From NCBI GenBank assembly GCA_965224245.1, contig OZ245046.1, positions 3,840,001 to 3,904,000 of the forward strand: a DNA stretch of 64,000 bases, read 5' to 3'. The DNA comes from Candidatus Eiseniibacteriota bacterium (GTDB lineage Bacteria > Eisenbacteria > RBG-16-71-46 > CAZAMP01). How positions within the stretch are numbered: position 1 is the first letter of the stretch; each line of letters begins with the position of its first letter. The translations under genes and the position numbers were made by a program. Under the pieces are notes generated by a model. It ran no database searches, was not told the origin of the DNA, and worked only from the letters and a program-made list of their open reading frames with translations. Below are positions 50,919-62,000 of this stretch, piece after piece.

Positions 50919-51785
50919 AGCGCACGCAACCCACGTGGGATCGGGCGCATCGTAAGGTCCGGTCATGTCGTCCAGCACAAGATCCACGAGTTCCGCGCGC
51001 CGGATCCCGATCAGCTCGGCGGCCACCGGCAGCGTGTCGCGACCGTCGCTGCGCACGCGCTCGGCGTGCTCGATGAACGCCGCGTGGTCGCCGCCGACGA
51101 GGCGATCGAGCGCGCCGGCGATCGACGTCCGGGCGACGCGTTCGCCGTCGGGGCCCATCGGTCGGGCGGTCTCGGCGGGATCCCCGTACCCGCACCCGTG
51201 GTGAACGAGGTCGGCGGTCGCGACGACGACCGCATCCCGCGCCTCGTCTCGAAGCGACGCCCACCCGGGAAGCGTGGACGGCCGTGCCCCGGTCAGAAAC
51301 GGGAACCTGGGGAGCAATGCGGGCGCCGGACCGGCGTGACGCCGTGCGTACGCGTCCCACAGGAACCGGAGGTGATCGAGCGAGAACTCGCCGGGCGAGA
51401 CGGCCGGCGCCGTGGCCTTCGTCGTCGCGTGGCCGGAGCCATCCGGCTCGTGGACGCCCCGCAAGGGATGCGCGCTCCCGTCCGCCCGGAACGCCTCGCG
51501 CGCGGCGCGCAGCTCCGGCGTGAGCGCGTGCATCACACCGAGCGCGACGACGCGATCCGCCCCCCTCTCGCGTGCCGCGTCGAACGCGGCGCGGACCGTC
51601 GCCGCGATCTGGTGACCGCACGTGGCGAAGCTCGCGTGGGGGAACACCACGCCGCCGCCGGCGGCCAGCGCAGCGGCGAGCGCGGGCACCGCGGGGTGAT
51701 CGAACATCGCGACGATCGCGTCCGGCGACGCGGCGGCCCGCGCGCGCTCGCCGATGGCCGCGAAGTCGGGGACCCGGTCGGTCAC
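50895..51785 (-). CDS. Divergent MEMO1/AmmeMemoRadiSam-B-like (LigB-fold) protein
   Basis: VFPHAS, LGVMH, EFSLD and VVVATADLVHHG parallel the MEMO PHAG/H/EHSLE/SSDxSH motifs. Confidence 0.55.
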   Translation of the reverse strand: MTDRVPDFAAIGERARAAASPDAIVAMFDHPAVPALAAALAAGGGVVFPHASFATCGHQIAATVRAAFDAARERGADRVVALGVMHALTPELRAAREAFRADGSAHPLRGVHEPDGSGHATTKATAPAVSPGEFSLDHLRFLWDAYARRHAGPAPALLPRFPFLTGARPSTLPGWASLRDEARDAVVVATADLVHHGCGYGDPAETARPMGPDGERVARTSIAGALDRLVGGDHAAFIEHAERVRSDGRDTLPVAAELIGIRRAELVDLVLDDMTGPYDAPDPTWVACALVTLHRA

Positions 51786-52306
51786 GCGTCGAGGATCCGG
51801 AGGTAGGCACGCCAGGGACCGGCGTCGTCCCGGTAGCGCTTGGCCATCACGCGCGCGATCTGGGCCGTGTGGCCGAGGTCGTGGGCCACCCACGTCGACA
51901 GGAGCTGGGCCAGCGTGACCCGGCCGAACTCCGGATGAACGCCGGTGCGTGCGAGGGCGTCCCCATCCAGCTCGAGGCTCCCTAGCCGGGTCACGTTCGC
52001 GCGGCGCAGCTCGGCGAACGTGTCGAGAAGCTCACCTAGCGGGCGACCGGCGCTCGCGGCGAGCTGCGCGAATCGATCGAACGGCTCGAACGGCCGATCC
52101 GCGTCGCCGGACAGGATCTGCTCCAGACGCGGAATCCAGTCGGTGCGCTCGCCGTGGATGAGATGTCCGACGACGTCGTACGCGCTCCAGGTGTCGCCCC
52201 CCTCGGTGGCCCGCACCCACGCGTCGGGCAGATCACGAAGCCACGTCGACAGCACCTTCGGGGTTCGCTCGAGAACCGGGAGGGCCTCGGCGATCGTGAA
52301 GGTCAT
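51782..52306 (-). CDS. DinB-family protein
   Basis: WSAYDVVGHLIHGE and WVAHDLGHTAQI motifs. Confidence 0.92.
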   Translation of the reverse strand: MTFTIAEALPVLERTPKVLSTWLRDLPDAWVRATEGGDTWSAYDVVGHLIHGERTDWIPRLEQILSGDADRPFEPFDRFAQLAASAGRPLGELLDTFAELRRANVTRLGSLELDGDALARTGVHPEFGRVTLAQLLSTWVAHDLGHTAQIARVMAKRYRDDAGPWRAYLRILDA

Positions 52307-53043
52307 CGCGGCGCCCCTCGACCGGGCGACTCGTATCGGAGCTTCACCCGGCTCCAGCTGCTCTCGCGAACCGGCGTGGCACTCGCGGCGCGCAGCACGA
52401 ACGCGACGTCTCCCGGTGCGCCCCAGAGGTGAGGATCGGAGACGGGAGTCCAGTCGACGTACCCGAAGTAGTCCGAGCGGAACCATGCCTCCGCGCCGTG
52501 GGTGTGCTCGGCGCTCACGACGGCCCTCGCCGGCGAGATGCACGCGTAGGTCACGATCGACAGGAAGTACGAGACGCCGTCGGCGGGTACCAGATCACCG
52601 TCGAGGTCGATGCAGAACACCCCGCGAGCCACGGGGTCGTCGTTGTACGCGAAGTCGTACTCCGCGGTGGCGAACCGGTGGACGACGTCTCCGGGCACGC
52701 CGCCCAGGTCCTCGCGCACGAACACGAAGATGGAATCGGGTGGCCAGAACGTCCCGCACCACCAGCTGGCCCACCACTCGATCGCGACCAGCGGCTCGCC
52801 GGAGCCGACGAAGTCGTCCGCGACCTCCGCCCGAAACGGGTAGCAGACGTCGTCCTGCGAGACGAGGGCTCGCCCGTCGGCGGGAATCTGCTCCCACACG
52901 ACGACGCCGTCGCACGCGATCTCGCCGGGCACCGCGGTCGATCCCGCGTCCCGGGTGTCGGGGCCGTCCAGATCGAAGCAATCGTCGGCACGGGCACGGG
53001 GCACGATGGCGAGCAGGGCCAGAACGATCACCAGGCGGGTCAT
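52303..53043 (-). CDS. Secreted hypothetical protein with C-terminal PVRESSWSRVKLRY motif
   Basis: Signal peptide, GGAGG RBS, VADDF..IEWW beta-sandwich-like body. Confidence 0.8.
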   Translation of the reverse strand: MTRLVIVLALLAIVPRARADDCFDLDGPDTRDAGSTAVPGEIACDGVVVWEQIPADGRALVSQDDVCYPFRAEVADDFVGSGEPLVAIEWWASWWCGTFWPPDSIFVFVREDLGGVPGDVVHRFATAEYDFAYNDDPVARGVFCIDLDGDLVPADGVSYFLSIVTYACISPARAVVSAEHTHGAEAWFRSDYFGYVDWTPVSDPHLWGAPGDVAFVLRAASATPVRESSWSRVKLRYESPGRGAPR

Positions 53044-53114
53044 GCCTCCTCCGCACGTACGAGTCCGTGAAGCATGCGTGACCCACCAGTGTACGCCACG
53101 GCGCGCGAGGGTGG

Positions 53115-53477
53115 CTATTCCGGCAGGGCGGGTCGAACCTTGATCACCGTCTCCTTGCGGATCTCGACCGTGCCGGGCCTGGCGCCCCGGGGCTTGGTCA
53201 CGTATCGCGCCCGCGTCGCGGAGACCGCGACGGTGCCACCGCCGCGCGCCTTGCTGTGGTAGGCCGCGATCGCGGCCGCGCGCTTCAGCGCGTCGCGATC
53301 GGGCTCGCCCAGCTCGTCCACCTGGAGGACGACGTGACTCCCGGGCATGCCGCGGACGTGAAACCACCAGTCGTTCGGGCGTGCGACCTTCAGGCTGAGC
53401 CGATCGTTGTCGGCGTCCCCCTTGCCGGCCAGAACGACCCATCCCCCGGGCAGCTCGTAGCGATAGACGTCGGGCAC
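53115..53477 (-). CDS. Stand-alone NFACT RNA-binding domain protein (DUF814)
   Basis: VLAGK..DND.LS, WWFHVRGMPGSHVV, AAAIAAYHSKAR and VTKPRGARPG motifs. Start is either 53477 (GTG) or 53507. Confidence 0.9.
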   Translation of the reverse strand: MPDVYRYELPGGWVVLAGKGDADNDRLSLKVARPNDWWFHVRGMPGSHVVLQVDELGEPDRDALKRAAAIAAYHSKARGGGTVAVSATRARYVTKPRGARPGTVEIRKETVIKVRPALPE

Positions 53478-53530
53478 GAGGCATCCTCCCCGGCTCTCGG
53501 TGACCATCCATGGCGCGCCCGGCGCGCCGA

Positions 53531-53562
53531 TTGACACAATTCGTTACATGCCAACGATTTGT
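53531..53562 (+). promoter_or_regulatory. TTGACA -35 overlapped by inverted repeat ACAATTCGTT-N7-AACGATTTGT
   Basis: 9/10 inverted match in an AT-rich divergent intergenic region. Confidence 0.55.
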
Positions 53563-53679
53563 ATACGAGAAACGGGCTCTCGCGGCAACGCCGGGAATGC
53601 TATCATCCTTTCGTTCCCGGCACGCCCCGTCCGGCTGCGATGGCAATCCTCGCAACGCCATCGCCCCAGGAGGATCCCC

Positions 53680-54945
53680 ATGAATCGTCCGATCATACGT
53701 CGGTCGACGCTGGTCGGCCTCGCGGCGGCGATCGCCGTCCTCGCGATCGGGTGCTCACCGGCGACCGATCCCGAGACACCCTCGGCGCAGGACGGCGCCG
53801 ATCAGTATACGGGGACGATCGATCCCGGCGACGCAACGTTCGTCCTGCGACGGATCACCGAGCCGGTTCCCGACCGCGAGCCGATCGCGATCGACCTGAT
53901 CGGACGCCGCATCGAGGCGAACCCGCTCGACGACACGGTCTTGATCGAGGTCGCCATCGCCAACGCGTGGACCGAGCCGCTCCACGGACCCGCCATCGTC
54001 TGGCTCGAGCGTCTGGTGCCCCGAGGGGTCTACGTCCAGAACCCCGACATCGTGGAATCGCCCGACGACTCGACCGGCATCGCCGGCCCCGGTGCGGTCG
54101 GCTTCGACTACACCGACGCGCTCGGCGACGACGGCGTCCTGAGCCCCGGCGAGACCTCCGAGTTCAAGGCCTGGGTGTTCCGATCCCCCGAGCTCGGCGC
54201 GTTCTCGTTCGACGCGCGAGCCGAGCTCTCGCTGGAGCCCGAGCGCGCTCGCATCTCGGGCATCGTCTTCGGCGACGGCAACGCGAACGGCCGGCGTGAC
54301 GACGACGAGCCCCCGATCGCCGGCGCCATCGTCCAGGTCGAGGGCCCGCTCGGCGACGTGGTCCGGGTCACCACGAACGAGCGCGGCTTCTACCGGTACG
54401 CGGCGTCGTGGCCCGGACTCCACACGCTGACCGTCACGCGGCCACACCTGCCGGGCGAGTGCTTCACGACCCCGAACCCGCTGGAGGTCGTGCTGCCCCC
54501 GGATCGACCGACGGGGCTGACCAGCTTCGACGGCGCTCACTTCGGCATCCTCCCGCGATGCGGAGGCGGCGGTGACGGCGACGTGCCTCACGTGATCCTC
54601 GTCGACGGCGACCTGGGCGACGTCGCGCAGGATCCGTACCGTCTCGAGTCCCTCCATCTCGAGGGCGACGTGCTGTCGATGCGGATCGAGATGAGCGGCT
54701 GCTCACCGGACCTCCCGTTCCGGATGGTGGTGTCGACGGCGTTCATGGAGTCGTTGCCGGTGCAGACGAGAGCCGTGCTCTCGTACCGGACCGACGACTG
54801 CGACGCGGCCTGGATGACGTCACGGGCGTTCGATCTCTCGCCGCTCCGTCGCGCCTACGTGGCGGCGTACGGCGAGCCCGGGGAGATCGTCATCCGGCTG
54901 GAGACCCCGCACGGCGACGAGCACGAGATCCTGTTCGGCCCCTGA
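53680..54945 (+). CDS. Lipoprotein with SdrD-B/Cna-B-like domain
   Basis: AIGC lipobox. ISGIVFGDGNANGRRDDDEPPIAG...TTNERGFYRY. AGGAGG RBS. Confidence 0.82.
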   Translation: MNRPIIRRSTLVGLAAAIAVLAIGCSPATDPETPSAQDGADQYTGTIDPGDATFVLRRITEPVPDREPIAIDLIGRRIEANPLDDTVLIEVAIANAWTEPLHGPAIVWLERLVPRGVYVQNPDIVESPDDSTGIAGPGAVGFDYTDALGDDGVLSPGETSEFKAWVFRSPELGAFSFDARAELSLEPERARISGIVFGDGNANGRRDDDEPPIAGAIVQVEGPLGDVVRVTTNERGFYRYAASWPGLHTLTVTRPHLPGECFTTPNPLEVVLPPDRPTGLTSFDGAHFGILPRCGGGGDGDVPHVILVDGDLGDVAQDPYRLESLHLEGDVLSMRIEMSGCSPDLPFRMVVSTAFMESLPVQTRAVLSYRTDDCDAAWMTSRAFDLSPLRRAYVAAYGEPGEIVIRLETPHGDEHEILFGP

Positions 54946-55062
54946 CCGGAGGGGCCGGATGATCCCGTCGGCCATCCGGGCGTGAGCCTGGCCGAGTCCC
55001 GCCGGCGCACGTAGAATGCGACCGTCGACCGCACAGAGGCCCCGACCGGAGAGATCGCCGAC

Positions 55063-57147
55063 ATGACGCCTTCTCGCGCCCAGCTCCTCCGCCGGGGATC
55101 GCGCACGACCCGCCCCACGCACGAGGGCGTCGTCCATGACGCGCCGCCGCTTCCGATGACCCGGGAGGAGATGGACGCGCGCGGCTGGGACGCCGTCGAC
55201 GTCGTGTTCGTGACCGGCGACGCGTACGTGGATCATCCGAGCTTCGCGATGGCGCTCCTGGGGCGCGTGCTCGAGGCCGACGGCTTCCGCGTCGCGATCC
55301 TCAGCCAGCCCGACTGGCACAGTGCCGACGACTGGCGGCGTTTCGGGCGCCCTCGCCTCTTCTTCGCGATCTCCGCCGGCAACATGGACTCGATGATCAA
55401 CCACTACACGGCGAGCCGGAAGGTCCGCAACGACGACGCCTACTCCCCGGACGGCGCCATCGGCCGCCGACCCGATCGCTGCACGCTGGCCTACTGTCAG
55501 CGCGCGCGCGAGGCGTACAAGGGTGTGCCGATCATCGCGGGCGGCGTGGAGGCCAGCCTTCGACGGCTCGCGCACTACGACTACTGGAGCGACACGGTCC
55601 GCCGGCCGATCCTGATGGACTCGAAGGCCGATCTCCTCGTGTTCGGCATGGGCGAGCGCGCCATCGTCGAGATTGCCGAGCGGCTGCGATCGGGCGACTC
55701 GGTGGCCGATCTCCGCGGGATGCGCGGCGTGGCGTATCCCCTTGGGGCGAGTGCGCCCCCCCCGCCCGACGGCCAGGACTTCATCCATCTGCCCGCCTAC
55801 GAGGAGGTCGCCCGGGATCCGATCGCGTTCTGCCGGATGACGCGGATCGCTCACCGCGAGACGAACCCGTACAACGCGAAGGGGCTCGTCCAGAGCTGCG
55901 GGAACGGCTCGGTCGTCGTGAACCCGCCAGCGCTTCCACTGGACCAGCCTCAGATGGATCACGTCTACGACCTGCCCTACACGGGTCGGCCGCACCCCTC
56001 GTACGGCGATGCCAGGATCCCCGCGTTCGAGGTCATCCGCGACTCGGTACAGATCATGCGCGGCTGCTTCGGGGGCTGCACGTTCTGCTCGATCACCGCG
56101 CACGAGGGACGGATCATCCAGAGCCGATCGCGCGAGTCGGTGCTGCGCGAGATCCGGAAGAAGACGTCCGACCGGGCGTTCAAGGGCGTCATCAGCGACA
56201 TCGGCGGCCCCACCGCCAACATGTACGAGATGCGCTGCACCAAGCCCGAGGTCGAGAAGATCTGTCGCCGTCTGAGCTGTGTGCACCCCACCGTCTGCAA
56301 GCTCCTCGGCACCAGCCACGGTCCGCTGAAGACGCTGATGCGCGAGGCGCGCTCGGTGCCGGGGGTCAAGAAGGTGCTGGTCGCGTCGGGCATCCGCATG
56401 GATCTGGCTCGCCGGGACCCCGAGTACATGAGCGAGCTCGTCACGCACCACGTGGGGGGATACCTGAAGGTCGCGCCCGAGCACACCGATCCGCGCGTGC
56501 TCGATCTGATGAAGAAGCCCGCGAACGACGACTTCGAGAAGTTCGGCGAGGCGTTCCACGCGGCATCGCGAGAGGCCGGCAAGGAGCAGTACCTGATCCC
56601 GTACTACATCGCCAGCCACCCGGGAAGCGACCTGGCGGCGATGATCGATCTCGCCCTCTTCCTGAAGCGAAACGGCTACAAGCCCGACCAGGTCCAGGAC
56701 TTCATCCCCAGCCCGTTCGACATCGCCGCGTGCATGTACCACACCGGCTACGACCCGATGACGATGAAGCCCACGTTCGTGGCCAGGCACCTCCGCGATC
56801 GGAAGCTGCAGCGCGCGTTGATGCAGTACTTCAAGCCGGAGAACTGGTTCGAGGTGCAGAAGGCGCTGCGCAAGGCGGGGCGCGCCGATCTGATCGGCGA
56901 CGGGTGTGACTGCCTGATCCCGTCACGTCCGCCACGCGCCGCGCTCGACCGGCGGCGACGGAGCGCGCGGATGGCCCTGGCCGACCAGACCGAGGGCGAT
57001 CACGTGCGTGGCCGGCCCGGCGCAGGCTACCGTCCCCATCGTCGATCGTCCGGTCGGCGCAGCCGCTCTCCACGAGCCCGATCCGATCGCGAGCGCTCCG
57101 GTGCCCGATCCCGCCGGGGGCGACCCGAGCGCGATCCGTCGGCCTGA
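55063..57147 (+). CDS. ygiQ: YgiQ/UPF0313 radical SAM protein
   Basis: [47 protein letters not shown] and YLKVAPEH motifs. Confidence 0.95.
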   Translation: MTPSRAQLLRRGSRTTRPTHEGVVHDAPPLPMTREEMDARGWDAVDVVFVTGDAYVDHPSFAMALLGRVLEADGFRVAILSQPDWHSADDWRRFGRPRLFFAISAGNMDSMINHYTASRKVRNDDAYSPDGAIGRRPDRCTLAYCQRAREAYKGVPIIAGGVEASLRRLAHYDYWSDTVRRPILMDSKADLLVFGMGERAIVEIAERLRSGDSVADLRGMRGVAYPLGASAPPPPDGQDFIHLPAYEEVARDPIAFCRMTRIAHRETNPYNAKGLVQSCGNGSVVVNPPALPLDQPQMDHVYDLPYTGRPHPSYGDARIPAFEVIRDSVQIMRGCFGGCTFCSITAHEGRIIQSRSRESVLREIRKKTSDRAFKGVISDIGGPTANMYEMRCTKPEVEKICRRLSCVHPTVCKLLGTSHGPLKTLMREARSVPGVKKVLVASGIRMDLARRDPEYMSELVTHHVGGYLKVAPEHTDPRVLDLMKKPANDDFEKFGEAFHAASREAGKEQYLIPYYIASHPGSDLAAMIDLALFLKRNGYKPDQVQDFIPSPFDIAACMYHTGYDPMTMKPTFVARHLRDRKLQRALMQYFKPENWFEVQKALRKAGRADLIGDGCDCLIPSRPPRAALDRRRRSARMALADQTEGDHVRGRPGAGYRPHRRSSGRRSRSPRARSDRERSGARSRRGRPERDPSA

Positions 57148-58904
57148 TGCCCCTCCGGGGCACGTCCCGGTGCTCCGCGGGGCTTCCGGGTGGGCTTTCG
57201 AAAGCCGCCCTCGCGGGGCCCTCGGTCCCGTCCCCGCTCGGGTCGGCTCGGACGCGGACGACCGGTGCACCGCGTCATCCGTAGCTGTCGGCCCGAGACC
57301 CACACCTTTCCCAGCGTCCGGCGCACGGGGTCGGGCATGTCGACCGGCAGATCCACGATGCTCCACTCCTCACGGATGTCGATCCGGCCGATGTACCGCC
57401 GATCCAGATCGGCCACGTTCGCGATGGCGCCCACCAGGTTTCCCGGCTCCACGCCGTGTGCGCGACCGACCTCGACCCGATAGGGCTCGAACGCGACCCC
57501 GGGGAGTCGCCCGCGCCGCTCCGGCTTGCGCGACGCCGCCGGTCGGGTCGGCCTCGCCCCCCTCCGGCGATGCGTCGGCTCGGACACGAGGAGCGGCGTG
57601 TCGCCCTGGACGAGCCTGGCCAGCGCCGCGGCGATCTCCATCGCGGACGCGCCGGTCTCGACCCGATAACGCTCGACCAGCTCGGTGAACGTGGTCAGGC
57701 CGCCCGCCTCGCGCGCGGACGTGATCCGATCCATGAACCGTTCCACGCGCCTGGCGTTGACCGCATGGATGGGCGGGAGCTCGGTCTCGATCAGCCGTCC
57801 CCCGACGCCGCGCTCGAGGCTGCGGAGCTTCGGGAGCTCGCGCCGCGTGACGAACGAGATGGCATCGCCGGCCCGGCCGGCACGGCCGGTACGACCGATG
57901 CGGTGGACGTACGACGCGGCGTCGCCCGGCATGTCGTAGTTGAACACGTGGCTGACGCGCTCGACGTCCAGTCCCCTGGCCGCCACGTCGGTCGCCACGA
58001 TCACGTCGATCTTGCCGCGCTTGAGATCCTCGACCGTGGCTTCCCGCTGGCTCTGCGGCACGTCACCGTTCAGGGGCGCACACACGATCCCGCGCGTGGC
58101 GAGCGAGGCCGCCAGCGTCGTCGTGACCGCCTTGGTCCGCACGAAGACCAGCGCACCGTCGACGGGCTCGGTCTCGAGGAACCGTGAGAGCGCGTCCAGC
58201 TTGTGCGCGTCGTCGGCGATCCAGTAGCGCTGCCGGATGGTCACGGCGGGAGCGCTCCTTTGGCCGACGGTGATCTCGACCGGCTCGCGGAGGTGCTGCT
58301 CGGCGATGCGGCGGATCGGGGCCGGAATGGTGGCCGAGAACAGGGCCGTCTGCCGTGCCGGCGGGGATTCGCGCAGCACCCACTCGATGTCCTCGACGAA
58401 CCCCATCTGGAGCATCTCGTCGGCCTCGTCGAGAACCACCGCTCGGAGCTCGTCGAGCACCAGCCGCTGGCGACGCATGTGGTCCATGATGCGTCCCGGC
58501 GTTCCGACGACGACGTGCGCTCCCCGCCGGAGCGCTCGGATCTGCCCGCCGTACTCCTGCCCGCCGTACACGGCGAGCACGCGGAGGTTCTCCAGGTGCG
58601 CCGCATACCGCTCGAACGCCGCCGCGACCTGGACGGCCAGCTCGCGCGTGGGGGTCAGGACCAGCACCTGGGGCGAAGCCCGGGACGCGTCGATGCCTGC
58701 CAGCAGCGGCAGTGCGAAGGCCGCCGTCTTGCCGGTCCCGGTCTGAGCCTGGCCCACGACGTCGCGTCCGGCCAGGAGCGGCGGGATCGTCTCGATCTGG
58801 ATCGGGGTGGGCGACACGTAGCCGGCATCGCGCAGCGCGGAGAGGAGCGGTTCGGACAGGCCGAACGCATCGAACGATGGCGCCACGGGCGCTTGGATAT
58901 TCAT
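57027..58904 (-). CDS. deaD: DEAD-box RNA helicase DeaD/CsdA with DbpA RNA-binding domain
   Basis: [36 protein letters not shown] and GNLVGAIAN motifs. Confidence 0.95.
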   Translation of the reverse strand: MNIQAPVAPSFDAFGLSEPLLSALRDAGYVSPTPIQIETIPPLLAGRDVVGQAQTGTGKTAAFALPLLAGIDASRASPQVLVLTPTRELAVQVAAAFERYAAHLENLRVLAVYGGQEYGGQIRALRRGAHVVVGTPGRIMDHMRRQRLVLDELRAVVLDEADEMLQMGFVEDIEWVLRESPPARQTALFSATIPAPIRRIAEQHLREPVEITVGQRSAPAVTIRQRYWIADDAHKLDALSRFLETEPVDGALVFVRTKAVTTTLAASLATRGIVCAPLNGDVPQSQREATVEDLKRGKIDVIVATDVAARGLDVERVSHVFNYDMPGDAASYVHRIGRTGRAGRAGDAISFVTRRELPKLRSLERGVGGRLIETELPPIHAVNARRVERFMDRITSAREAGGLTTFTELVERYRVETGASAMEIAAALARLVQGDTPLLVSEPTHRRRGARPTRPAASRKPERRGRLPGVAFEPYRVEVGRAHGVEPGNLVGAIANVADLDRRYIGRIDIREEWSIVDLPVDMPDPVRRTLGKVWVSGRQLRMTRCTGRPRPSRPERGRDRGPREGGFRKPTRKPRGAPGRAPEGHQADGSRSGRPRRDRAPERSRSDRARGERLRRPDDRRWGR

Positions 58905-59089
58905 GGTCTCTGGTCCCGAGGTGGACGAAGAAGTCGGCCCTCAGCACCAGCGCGTGCGGGATACCTGGGCGGAAACGCGACGCGAGAGTGTACGCGGTTT
59001 CGGGCACCCCCGGGGAGATTTCTCCGGTACGCTTCGTCGAACATCGCCGACCCAGCCCCGGGCCGGTGTGCGATCTGACGAGGACCGGA

Positions 59090-62000
59090 ATGTCACACGC
59101 CCGACGCGATCGCGTGGAAGCACTGTTTCAACGCGCCGCGGACCTACCGGCGTCCCGGCGGGCATCGTTTCTGGAGTCCGAGACCGGGGACGACGTCGGT
59201 CTCCGCCATGCGGTGGAGGAGCTGCTCGAGCACATGGAGGCGGCGGGCACCGACTTTCTGCGCACGCTGGTCGCGCGTCACGCCGACGCACTGGGTCGTG
59301 ACCGCGTCGACGACGAGCCACCTCCGGCGCGGCTGGGCGTCTACGAGGTCCGGGGCGAGATCGGGCGCGGCGGCATGGGGGTGGTCTATCGGGCCCACGA
59401 CCCGCGGCTGGCGCGGGACGTCGCCATCAAGGTCGTACCGAGCGCGCTCGCGCGAGATCCCGAGTGGCAGGCGCGCATCCGGCGGGAGGCTCGCCTCCTG
59501 GCGTCGGTGAACCACCCGAACATCGCGACCATCCACTCGCTCGAGGAATCGGGCGGCGCGTCGTTCATCACGATGGAGCTCCTCGAGGGCGATCTCCTGG
59601 CGACCGCGATCGCGAGCGGAACGCTCACCCTCGACCGGACGCTCGCGATCGCCGATCAGCTGGCGGCCGCACTGGAGGCCGCCCACCGCCGCGACGTGGC
59701 CCACCGGGACCTGAAGCCGGGCAACGTGATCCTGACCCGCGAGGGCCTGGTGAAGGTACTCGACTTCGGTCTGGCCACGCTCGTGCGCGCACCGTCGGCG
59801 GGTGCCGACGAGCCGATCTCCGGCACGCCCGGATATGTGAGCCCCGAGCAGCTCGAGGGCGCTCGCGGCGATCATCGGGCCGACATCTGGGCGTTCGGGT
59901 GCGTCCTCTACGAGTGCCTCAGCGGGCGGCAGGCGTTCGCCGCGGATTCCCTGCCGGATCAGCTGGCCAGGACGCTTCGCTCCGAGCCGGACTGGACCGC
60001 CCTGCCCTCCGGTCTCTCCGAGCGGTTCCTGAACGTGCTGCGGCGATGCCTCGTCAAGTCGCCCGACGAGCGCGTCGACTCGATCGCGATCGTCCGCAGG
60101 GAGGTCGAGGAGGAGATCGCGCGCCGCTCCAGACCGGCCGGCGTCGACGCACACGAGCTCAGGGACTCGGACGTTCCGAACAACATCCCGCTCTCCCTGA
60201 CGAGCTTCGTGGGCCGCACCCGGGAGCTGGACGCGCTCGGCGCCCTTCTCGGCGATCACCCCCTGGTCACGCTGGTGGGGCCGGGCGGCGCCGGCAAGTC
60301 CCGGCTCGCGATCGAGGTCGCGCGCCGCCGGCTCGCGGACTTTCCGGACGGCGTCTGGCTGGTCGAGCTCGCCGCCGTGTCGGGCGGGACGCCCTCGGCC
60401 GGCGCCGCCGCCGTGGAGCGAGCGGTGGCGGCGACGCTCGACGTTCGCGACGACGCCGGAGAGGACTCGATGCGGGCGATCTCCCGCTTCCTGTCGAGCA
60501 AGCGCGCGCTCCTGATCCTCGACAACTGCGAGCACGTGGTCGATGCCGCGGCGGCCTTCGTCTCGGCCCTGGGACGCACCGCCGAGCCACTCACCATCCT
60601 CGCCACCAGCCGCGAGGCGCTCGGCGTCACCGGCGAGATCCCCCACGTCGTCTCGCCGATGCGCGAGGGCGCCATCGAGCTGTTCATCGAGCGAGCGGCG
60701 GCGCTCTCCCCGGGCTTCACGCTGGATGAGGGAAACCGCGAGGCGATCGCATCCATCTGTGACCGCCTCGACGGGATTCCGCTCGCCATCGAGCTCGCCG
60801 CCGCGCGCACGCGCGTGCTTCCCCCGAGCGCGATCGCGGCACGTCTGGACGACCGCTTCCGGCTGCTCACGGCGGGCTCCCGGACCGCACTGCCCCGCCA
60901 TCGCACGCTGCGTGCACTGATCGACTGGAGCTACGACCAGCTCGACGAGAACGAGCGCCTGTTCCTGACCCGCCTCTCGGTGTTCGCCGGCGGCTGGACG
61001 CTCGACGCGGCCGAGGCCGTGTGCGCGGGAGGCGGCATCGAGCCATGGGAGGCGCTCGATCTCCTGTCGAGACTGCTCGACAAGTCACTGGCCGAGATGG
61101 TGCCGTCGGACGAGCCGAATGCGCGTGTCCGCTACCGCATGCTCGAGACGGTCCGGGCGTACGCCCGCGAGAAGCTCGAGATCGTCGCGCCGGTGGTCGA
61201 GGCGCACGCGACCTACTTCGCGAGCGTGGCGGCCCAGGCCGACGCGGCGCTCTCGGGACCCGATCAGGCCGACTGGCTCGAGCGGCTCGATCACGACTAC
61301 GAGAACTTCCGGCTGGCGATCGAGATGGGCACACCGACCCGACCCGAGGGCGGCGCCCCGGTCGCGCCGGAGACGCTACGCATGGCCGCGACCCTCGTGC
61401 AGTTCTCGCTGATGCGGGGACGCTGGATCGAGGGACGTCGCCTCGGCGAGGAGGTCCTCGCCCGTCCCGGCGTCGGCGACGTGCGCGACGAGCCGTACGG
61501 CATGCTGGTGCATCGTCTCGGGGCGCTCGCGCAGAACCAGGGCGACAGGCCGGCCGCCCATGCCTGGTTCGACGAGGCGCTCGAGATCTGGGACACGCTC
61601 GGCATCGAGAAGGCGAAGGCCGGCATCCTCAACAACAAGGGCTTGCTCGCGCTCGGTGCCGGCGAGTACGACGAGGCGGGGCGCCTGTTCGAGGCCGCGC
61701 TCGCCGTCAACCGGCGCATCGGGAATCGGGACTGGGAGGCCACTAACCTGAACAACCTGAGCCTCGTGTGCTCCGAGAGCGATCGGCACGACACGGCGGT
61801 GGCCTATCTCGAGGAGGCGCTCGCGATCGGACGCGAGCTCGGCAACACGTACTACGTGGCGACCTTCATCGACAACCTGGCCAACGCCCGCGGGACGCTC
61901 GGCGAGCTGGCCGAGGCGCAGGCACTGCACGAGGAGGGGCTCGAGCTGAACCGCCGGATCGGCAACCTCCAGGGAGTGGCCACGAGCCTGTTGAACCTGG

